Shown here in pieces: positions 57,040 through 63,474 of a stretch of DNA of 63,474 nt. The notes below the pieces were generated by a model. It had not been told where the DNA came from. It ran no database searches and worked only from the letters and a program-made list of their open reading frames with translations. Position numbers and translations under genes: made by a program. Origin of the DNA: a virus (Duplodnaviria; Caudoviricetes); the IMG/VR virus record IMGVR_UViG_3300032177_000011, positions 1 through 63,474 of that record; one strand, 5' to 3'. Within the stretch, counting starts at the first letter, position 1; each line of letters begins with the position of its first letter.

Positions 57040-57068
57040 ATTGTATCATACATTACATTACATGTCAA
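57040..57068 (-). promoter_or_regulatory. Strong sigma70 early promoter
   Basis: TTGACA (57068-63), 17-nt spacer, TACAAT (57045-40) with extended TGn. Confidence 0.85.
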
Positions 57069-57092
57069 GCTTTCGGGGGGTAGTTGGAGGTT

Positions 57093-57115
57093 AAAAAAGC
57101 CCCATTTCTGGGGCT
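57093..57115 (-). terminator. Rho-independent terminator
   Basis: GCCCC-AGAAAT-GGGGC-TTTTTT on the minus strand. Confidence 0.8.
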
Positions 57116-57138
57116 CTGGGGGATCATAGTTGTGGCAT

Positions 57139-57942
57139 TTATGTGGGGGCTTTATCCCGCAGGCGTGTGACTGTGAGAACACCTGTGCCGCGCTCGTTTG
57201 CAGTGGCAAACCGTTTGCCCATACGCGCCCCATACACATGCACCGCAGTCTGTGCCCGCTTAGCCAACACCGCAGGAATGCGCACCACATCGCCTATCTC
57301 CATATCCTTGAAAGGCCATTTCATGCGCGTAGCAAGACTCCGGGTATCAGGGCGCATACGCTCCAGCCGCTCCAACATTGCGGCCCCTCCCGGCACGATC
57401 TGCATGAACGGGGCATTCAGCACCGAATTAGCTAGCTTAGCGGTGGCATCCTCTATATTGTTGGATACCCGCTCCTCCAGCAGTCGGCTGCGTATCGCAG
57501 CCGTAGTATCGGCCCGCACCCTATCCCCCAACCTCTGCGCGTCGCTGGCCTTAGCCACCATAAACCCAAGGGCGGAAGCCTTGTCCATAACCAACATCAA
57601 CGCAGGTTTAGACCCCGCCAGCAGCACCAGACTCTCCATGTGAGCCCCAAGAGCCGCCGTAACTAATATTAGTTGCTCCCGCTTGTCCAGATCATCAAAA
57701 GCGGCAGGGGTAGGCAACGCAGGGGGTAGGGGCAGTTCCATATCAGCAGCGCCATGCAGGAGCCCATCCAAGATGTCCTCTGCCCGGTAGAATTCGGGGG
57801 CCTCAGGCGTGCCAATAACGAATAGCGCGGTTGCCCGGTCATGGCAGACACGCAAGCTAGTAAAGTGCATTTCTGCAGAGGGGGAGAACTGGACAGCCTG
57901 CGTTTGAGGCTGCAAAGCAAGGTCAGTGTACGAGTAAGACAT
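57139..57942 (-). CDS. Hypothetical protein with possible C-terminal DNA-binding domain
   Basis: KWPFKDMEIGD....P...A..YG...GKRF...VTRL; monocistronic; contains a palindrome at 57661-74. Confidence 0.6.
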   Translation of the reverse strand: MSYSYTDLALQPQTQAVQFSPSAEMHFTSLRVCHDRATALFVIGTPEAPEFYRAEDILDGLLHGAADMELPLPPALPTPAAFDDLDKREQLILVTAALGAHMESLVLLAGSKPALMLVMDKASALGFMVAKASDAQRLGDRVRADTTAAIRSRLLEERVSNNIEDATAKLANSVLNAPFMQIVPGGAAMLERLERMRPDTRSLATRMKWPFKDMEIGDVVRIPAVLAKRAQTAVHVYGARMGKRFATANERGTGVLTVTRLRDKAPT

Positions 57943-57984
57943 ATTTAAGAGTCCATTAAGTTGAGGGAGCGCAAAGTGTACCAC

Positions 57985-58800
57985 GGAAAAGTTAGGCCGG
58001 GTTCGTGTTTGATACGATTTATTTTGAGTTGAGTCGTGTCGTTTTTTGGGGGTTATGGTATAGAATTGTACCCTCCTGTAATGTATAGGTTACGGGAATC
58101 TATAGGTAAATTCATCACAACGACGCGGGGTCGTATTACTCGGAAACCTGTTTAAAATCAACCATTTAGGAGCGCGGGGGATGATGTAAGGTATAGTATG
58201 TACGGGGTGCGACGATGTGATGCAACTGGCAAAAAGAGAGCTCCTGAGCGACCCTCAGAAATTCCAAGGAAAGATAGAAATAACTAGTTTTTTGAGAACT
58301 CACGCACTCGGAACTCGTGCAATTTCTATGGTTTTTTTTTGGCGTTACAAACGAAACGCAGTCATAATACAATTCTATAAAGTTATTATTATTAGGGGTT
58401 TCTTGGTTTTTGTAACGCCTTTTCCTGCCGTTTTGCCCTGTTCGTAGTGCTTGTATGCCGGAATACCGCTGTTTCGTAATGTAGAAACACAAATACCACC
58501 TGTTACCGTTACGCCTTATATCTATAATATACTTTAGGGCCGAAAGTGACGACGCATTGGACATCTTTCATTACACGTCCGTATCTAAAACTTCATTACA
58601 TCCCAACTAATATTAGTTGTAGTGTCGATATGGGCTTGTAAGGCGCTCCCGCCCCGCCCCTGCTTTTCCGGGCATACTTGTACCCCGCCCGCCCCCTCAC
58701 TCACTCACTCGCTCACTCACCTTGCCTACTATGATCAAGCCCCACCTACGGTGGGGAGCGTGCCCGCCAACGGGCAGGGACGCCCGCAAAACGCGGGCGT
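57985..58800. other. Long non-coding, partly AT-rich region (candidate origin or genome-end region)
   Basis: No credible ORF; T-tracts; CATTAC repeats; CTCA repeats 58696-58720; palindrome 58605-18. Confidence 0.4.
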
Positions 58801-58823
58801 AAAAAAACCGCCTTGCGGCGGTT
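58801..58823 (-). terminator. Rho-independent terminator
   Basis: CCGCC-GCAA-GGCGG-TTTTTTT on the minus strand. Confidence 0.85.
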
Positions 58824-58846
58824 CGTCGGGTAGAACTAAGATTAGT

Positions 58847-59428
58847 TCAAACTTTAAAGTCTGGGTCAATCACGCATGCCGCGTCAATCAAGATGGATTT
58901 GATCTCCAACTGGTTCAACAGTGCCGCCTGCTCAATCGCTTTGCGAATGGTATCCAGCAATGATTTGTTATTTGTACGTTCAACCGTGCCCGCTTTGGTT
59001 TTCTTGGCTGGGGATTCGCTTGTCCCTTCCGCTGCTAACTTTGCGAGTCGTGCTTCTTCAGCCTTGAAACCCTTGCCCCATGGAAGGAAAGCCATTCCGC
59101 CCTTCAGCGGGTGTAAGTGCGCCGATGCATACCATTGGGCATCCCAGTAATATGCACGCTTCGCCCCGCCAGAATATGATGTGATGGTGTTTTTAAATAC
59201 CGGGCCCAACACGGCAATGGCATCTAGCATCACTTGACATTCTAGTATTTCCTTGCCGATAGCATCGACACCTTCCTGAGTCCGAGGAACCCCGGCGATA
59301 GTGCATGCATCTAAGTACTGTAGAAACGTAGCCTCGATCAATTCTCCGCTCTTAATTGCCGCGGCTTCCTGCGCCTTCATAGCTTTAATTACGGTAGAAC
59401 CAAATGTGTTGAATGAAACTGTATTCAT
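58847..59428 (-). CDS. Hypothetical immediate-early protein (monocistronic)
   Basis: AGGAG RBS; own promoter and terminator. Confidence 0.7.
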   Translation of the reverse strand: MNTVSFNTFGSTVIKAMKAQEAAAIKSGELIEATFLQYLDACTIAGVPRTQEGVDAIGKEILECQVMLDAIAVLGPVFKNTITSYSGGAKRAYYWDAQWYASAHLHPLKGGMAFLPWGKGFKAEEARLAKLAAEGTSESPAKKTKAGTVERTNNKSLLDTIRKAIEQAALLNQLEIKSILIDAACVIDPDFKV

Positions 59429-59486
59429 GTGAAACTCCTATGTGGGATGTGTGTCCGAGGCAGACACTTAAACAACCGACACCTAT

Positions 59487-59515
59487 AATGTAACCCAACT
59501 CGTAGACATTGTCAA
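59487..59515 (-). promoter_or_regulatory. sigma70 promoter
   Basis: TTGACA (59515-10), 17-nt spacer, TACATT; palindrome at 59538-51 just upstream. Confidence 0.7.
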
Positions 59516-59809
59516 GTTGTGGGGTAGGTCACGCGTGAACTAATATTAGGTGGAACCGCGACCCCACCGTACCCCGGGGACCCTTTTGAGGGTTTGGAGT
59601 CCCCCGCACAAATACACTGAGCGCAACACTCGCGGCTACTTCACCACCCCACAACTAGACACTGCTCCACGTGACTAGACATAGGTAAATATTTTTCCGA
59701 AGCTGGAATTCCAGTATCGGCTCACAGAAAGACCCCCCACCCTAAATAAAAAGCACCTGCCAAAATTTTGTGTAATAATTTCACATCGCCTCACGGCTGC
59801 GGACAACTT

Positions 59810-60325
59810 ATGCAATTTCCAGTCATTGACACGGACATCCCCTATGCGGAATACCCGCCGACCTTCGAGGACCTGCAGGCTCGGATAGCCGCTGCTTTCA
59901 ATAGCCTTGCGGAGATTGCCGATGATGTGCAGGTAACGGACTCTGATATCTCTGCGGCTCACGCCGTATTCACGGGTACCAAGGCCGCGACGGAAACGAT
60001 GCTCTCCTCCCCGGGGACCATTGTGCATATTAAGGCGCTGCTGGACGAGTACGATAAGGTCGTCATTCAATCCGCTGCCCAACTGCGAACCTACGTAACA
60101 AACAAGCTGATTGTGGATTCGGCTAACCCCGACCCACGGATTAGGCTCAAGTGCTACGAACTGTTGGGCAAAATCTCGGATGTCGGGCTGTTTACGGACA
60201 AGACTGAGATCACCATGCGGCACCGGCCTACGGAAGAATTGGAGCAGCTACTGCGTGAGCGTCTGATGAAGACTATCGACGCGGATATGTTTGCGATCAC
60301 TCCCCCTGCGGACCCGTTTGAATGA
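59810..60325 (+). CDS. Putative terminase small subunit
   Basis: ATGA-coupled to TerL; RLKCYELLGKISDVGLFTDK.EI...EELE..L. Confidence 0.7.
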   Translation: MQFPVIDTDIPYAEYPPTFEDLQARIAAAFNSLAEIADDVQVTDSDISAAHAVFTGTKAATETMLSSPGTIVHIKALLDEYDKVVIQSAAQLRTYVTNKLIVDSANPDPRIRLKCYELLGKISDVGLFTDKTEITMRHRPTEELEQLLRERLMKTIDADMFAITPPADPFE

Positions 60326-62892
60326 CCGACCGTACGGATATCCAGCGCCTGCTGGACAACCTCCCAAAGATGTCGCATATAGACATGGCGAACACACTGG
60401 CCTTGCTGGATGAGTTGGAAGAGCGTAAGCGTACGATGCTGGCGCAGAGTGAGTTCCTTGCGTTCATTGCGGCAGTTGACCCTGCCTATAAGTTTGGTAC
60501 GCACCTGAAGCGATTGGGTGCGCTTCTGACGCAAGTTGAGTTGGGTGAGAAGGATCGAGTAGCCGTGTCGATGGCCCCCCGGTTTGGTAAGAGCCAGATG
60601 ATCTCCATTTACTACCCTGCGTGGTACTTGGGTAAACACCCCGATCACAAGATGATCGTAGCCTCCCATACGGTTGACCTAGCTGTGGATATGGCGCGTA
60701 AGGTTCGTAACCTGATGCAAACCCCAGACTACAAACGGATATTTCCGGGCGTAGCTATCGCAGCCGATGCAAAAGCTGCAGGCAAGTGGAATACGACTAA
60801 AGGTGGAGAGGTTTACGCCACAGGCGTAGGTGGAGCATTGGCAGGCCGGGGGGCCGACCTGTGTCTGACGCCAGCAACCCTCGTAGAGACGTTAGAGCGC
60901 GGGTTTGTACCCTGCGGTACGGTGCAGGTTGGGGAGAGCTTACGTAGCTGGCATGGCTGGGCTAAAGTACTGAAGCGCATAACCCCCGAGCACTCCGCCA
61001 CGGTTACCGTAGCAGGCAGGCTAGAGGTATCCGCAGAGCATCCGATCTGGACTTGCAACCGTGGGTGGGTACCTGCAATAGACGTGTTACCGACGGATAT
61101 CTTGTGGACGACTTCATTTTGTGATAAGATACGTACTTATCTACAAGGAGTTACAAATGTCCTCACCGCGAAAACATGGAATGTGCAACACCCGGGTCTA
61201 CAACATATGGGCGATGATGTTGCAGCGCTGCACAAACCCCAAAACAGCCAACTACATAAATTATGGGGGTGCGGGCATAACAGTGTCGGTGCCGTGGCGC
61301 GACTTTTCTGTGTTCTACGCGGACATGGGGCTTCCACCTACACCGAAGCATACGCTGGATCGCATAGACAATTCCTTGGGGTACAGCCGGGACAACTGCA
61401 GGTGGGCGGACGTAGAGACCCAGCAGAACAATCGAACCAACGGGGTGCATATAACGGCGTTTGGGGAGACGCTATCCGCTCCACAGTGGGCGCGGCGAAC
61501 TGGACTAACCGTAGATATGATACGACATCGTATCTTCAGCATGGGGATGTGCCCCGAGCAAGCCCTACAGGCTCCACGAATGAGCCACAACACCCAACGT
61601 ATTTCCCGGTCCAACTTGGATGGCTCCGACGTGCGGGAGTACACCTCCTTAGCCGATGCGGCTCGCTCAGTGTCGCTAGAAAACTACGAAACCGTGAAGA
61701 AGGCTATTTGGTACGCCTTAAAGCGGGGCTCCAAGTCATCGCAGGGTTTTTGCTGGGCGTACGCCTCGCCGGCGCAACCCGAATAGATCGTCACGAAGCC
61801 CGTCCCTTTGTCAACTTTATGGTAGACGGGGACAATACCTTTGTAGCTGATACGATTTTGACACATAATTGTATCATCGACGATCCGATTTCGGAGCAAG
61901 ATATTAAGAGTGGGAATACCACGAGCCTAGACGGTGTTTACGATTGGTTCCGCAATGGTTTGCGTACACGGCTTATGCCGGGCGGGGCCATAGTGATCCT
62001 GCACACACGCTGGCACCAGCGGGACCTGATTGGGCGCTTATTGAAGGATACTGCGCTGAACGAAGACGGCGACAAGTACGATATGTTCGAGTTTCCGGCC
62101 ATTTTGGAGACTCCAAACCCGCTGGCAGACCCAAACAACGAGGAATTTGACCCCGATGCCCCGGCAATACTGCAGAAATCGCTGTGGCCAGAGCAATGGA
62201 GCTTGGAATCTCTCCTGCGGACCAAGGCGTCGATGCCGTCATGGCAGTGGAACGCCCAATACCAGCAGAATCCGACCGCGCAAGAAGCTGCGATCATCAA
62301 ACGAGACCATATTAAGTGGTGGCCCCATGAGAAACCTCCTGCTGTGGACTACATTGTGCAGTCATTTGATACTGCGCTCACCACAAAAACCCGTTCTGAC
62401 TACTCTGTGTGCCAAACATGGGGTGTATGGAAGAATGAAGAAGATATAGACAACGTAATCTTGCTAAATTGTGTAGTAGGTAAGTGGGAATTCCCTGAAT
62501 TGAAGCAAATGGCCCTGCAGCAGGCCAAAGATTGGGAGCCCGATAGCATAATTGTCGAGGCTAAGGCCAGCGGTCAGCCCCTGATTGACGAAATGCGGCG
62601 CTCTGGCTTGTTTGTGCAGGACTACAGCCCCGGTAAAGGCCAAGATAAGATAGCAAGACTGAATTCTGTCAGTGATATGTTTATGAGTGGGCAGGTGTGG
62701 TTCCCGGAAACGGGATGGGCTACCAGCGTGGTAGAGGAGTTGTTGGCGTTTCCTAGCGGGGAGCATGATGACCAAGTGGATACCTTGACGCTGGCGCTTA
62801 TTCGGATTCGCAAGGGCGGGCTCTTGCGGCTAACGTCCGACCACGGGGATAATTCAGACTTCCAAGCGGCGCGTAAAGCCTCTTACTACTAA
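60322..62892 (+). CDS. terL: Terminase large subunit precursor (856 aa; about 520 aa after intein splicing)
   Basis: Walker A MAPRFGKS, Walker B ADL/CIIDDP split by intein, TRWH, YQQNP, nuclease DTA...DYS, IVE, HDDQVD. Confidence 0.93.
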   Translation: MTDRTDIQRLLDNLPKMSHIDMANTLALLDELEERKRTMLAQSEFLAFIAAVDPAYKFGTHLKRLGALLTQVELGEKDRVAVSMAPRFGKSQMISIYYPAWYLGKHPDHKMIVASHTVDLAVDMARKVRNLMQTPDYKRIFPGVAIAADAKAAGKWNTTKGGEVYATGVGGALAGRGADLCLTPATLVETLERGFVPCGTVQVGESLRSWHGWAKVLKRITPEHSATVTVAGRLEVSAEHPIWTCNRGWVPAIDVLPTDILWTTSFCDKIRTYLQGVTNVLTAKTWNVQHPGLQHMGDDVAALHKPQNSQLHKLWGCGHNSVGAVARLFCVLRGHGASTYTEAYAGSHRQFLGVQPGQLQVGGRRDPAEQSNQRGAYNGVWGDAIRSTVGAANWTNRRYDTTSYLQHGDVPRASPTGSTNEPQHPTYFPVQLGWLRRAGVHLLSRCGSLSVARKLRNREEGYLVRLKAGLQVIAGFLLGVRLAGATRIDRHEARPFVNFMVDGDNTFVADTILTHNCIIDDPISEQDIKSGNTTSLDGVYDWFRNGLRTRLMPGGAIVILHTRWHQRDLIGRLLKDTALNEDGDKYDMFEFPAILETPNPLADPNNEEFDPDAPAILQKSLWPEQWSLESLLRTKASMPSWQWNAQYQQNPTAQEAAIIKRDHIKWWPHEKPPAVDYIVQSFDTALTTKTRSDYSVCQTWGVWKNEEDIDNVILLNCVVGKWEFPELKQMALQQAKDWEPDSIIVEAKASGQPLIDEMRRSGLFVQDYSPGKGQDKIARLNSVSDMFMSGQVWFPETGWATSVVEELLAFPSGEHDDQVDTLTLALIRIRKGGLLRLTSDHGDNSDFQAARKASYY
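60862..61869 (+). mobile_element. Intein (336 aa) in the TerL Walker B motif
   Basis: Block A CLTPATLV, block B VSAEHPIW, block F/G VNFMVDGDNTFVADTILTHN followed by +1 Cys. Confidence 0.92.
61157..61786 (+). CDS. HNH-NUMOD1 homing endonuclease nested out of frame (+1) within the intein
   Basis: AAGGAG 61145-50, ATG 61157; YGGAGI, FYADMG, TLDRIDNSLGYSRDNCRWA...QQNN; C-terminal LDG...EY.S..DAAR...GFCW.Y. Confidence 0.88.
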   Translation: MSSPRKHGMCNTRVYNIWAMMLQRCTNPKTANYINYGGAGITVSVPWRDFSVFYADMGLPPTPKHTLDRIDNSLGYSRDNCRWADVETQQNNRTNGVHITAFGETLSAPQWARRTGLTVDMIRHRIFSMGMCPEQALQAPRMSHNTQRISRSNLDGSDVREYTSLADAARSVSLENYETVKKAIWYALKRGSKSSQGFCWAYASPAQPE

Positions 62893-62904
62893 CGAAAGAT
62901 ATTT

Positions 62905-63474
62905 ATGGCAACCTCAAGTATGTCCCCTTCCCTGAACCCTGCACCTATGGGGCTTGGGGCCATTATGGATACTCTCGAAAGTACAGAGCCTGATCTGGAG
63001 ATCGAGATTGAGAACCCGGACCGCGTGACGCTGGCCGATGGTAGCGTAGAGATTACGCTGATTCCAGAGCCCACCAAGGGCGAAGACTTTGGGGATAACC
63101 TCGCTGAGTTCATGGACGAGGGGGAGTTGACTGCCCTTGCAGGTGACCTGCTGGCGCTGGTGGATGCCGATATCAACTCCCGTAAGGACTGGGTTGACGC
63201 TTATGTGAAAGGCCTTGAGGTCTTGGGCATGAAGTACGACGAGCGTACAGAGCCTTGGAGTGGGGCATGTGGTGTTTATTCCACAGTGCTGACAGAAGCG
63301 GCTATCCGGTTCCAAGCGGAGATGGTTACAGAGACGTTCCCTGCCGCAGGCCCGGTAAAAACTTCCATCGTGGGGGCCTCGACCAAGGATACGGAAGCGG
63401 CAGCCGCCCGGGTTCAGGAGGACATGAACTACCAGATTCTGGAGAAGATGCCTGAGTATCGGCCAGAGCATGAG
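62905..63474 (+). CDS. Portal protein, 5' part (continues at position 128 onward)
   Basis: Translated by hand: MATSSMSPS...NLAEF...SRKDW...GL.VLG.KYDERTEPW.GACGV...EAAIRFQAE...ETFPAAGPVK; no stop before the window end. Confidence 0.88.
   Translation, partial: MATSSMSPSLNPAPMGLGAIMDTLESTEPDLEIEIENPDRVTLADGSVEITLIPEPTKGEDFGDNLAEFMDEGELTALAGDLLALVDADINSRKDWVDAYVKGLEVLGMKYDERTEPWSGACGVYSTVLTEAAIRFQAEMVTETFPAAGPVKTSIVGASTKDTEAAAARVQEDMNYQILEKMPEYRPEHE
63348..63474. repeat. 127-bp terminal direct repeat (copy 2)
   Basis: Identical to 1-127. Confidence 0.95.

Noticed and set aside
58166-58564. 132-aa ORF in the AT-rich region
   Set aside because: Atypical composition, no clear RBS or motif; treated as non-coding
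61121-61786. Group I intron as the explanation for the HNH inside terL
   Set aside because: The terL frame stays open throughout, protein-splicing motifs flank the insert, and there is no non-coding room for an intron core
63348-63474. 127-bp terminal repeat as a physical direct terminal repeat
   Set aside because: It falls mid-portal gene and equals a common assembler k-mer length; it indicates circular assembly, not genome ends
1-63474. tRNA genes, integrase, specific host assignment
   Set aside because: No cloverleaf or recombinase motifs seen by eye; sigma70 promoters and a GH24 lysozyme are compatible with a Gram-negative host but do not identify it

Overview
The window is a complete, circularly assembled tailed dsDNA phage genome of about 63,347 bp. 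Bases 1-127 are repeated exactly at 63348-63474, and the portal gene runs across that join. The gene set is podovirus-like. The plus-strand arm (59.8 kb through the join to 34.4 kb) carries terminase, portal, GroES, scaffold, major capsid, tail/fiber, lysis and large internal-virion genes. The minus-strand arm (59.4 to 34.3 kb) carries early genes, an AAA+/vWA pair, family A DNA polymerase, nucleases, SNF2 helicase, SSB-like protein and primase-helicase. I found no integrase, tRNA, CRISPR array or reverse transcriptase. Main findings: (1) the terminase large subunit carries a 336-aa intein whose homing endonuclease is not in the intein frame but is a separate HNH-NUMOD1 gene nested in the +1 frame with its own Shine-Dalgarno; (2) a 14-bp palindrome, AACTAATATTAGTT, recurs about 15 times, seen only in the early/replication arm and mostly just upstream of start codons, and is part of longer junction repeats bounding gene cassettes; (3) a compact candidate RNA with interlocked pseudoknots lies upstream of a virion gene; (4) a second candidate overprinted gene lies inside the 1801-aa virion protein; (5) an HNH gene is split by a +1 shift at AAA-TAG. 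All functional calls come from motif recognition and gene order; no database searches were run.
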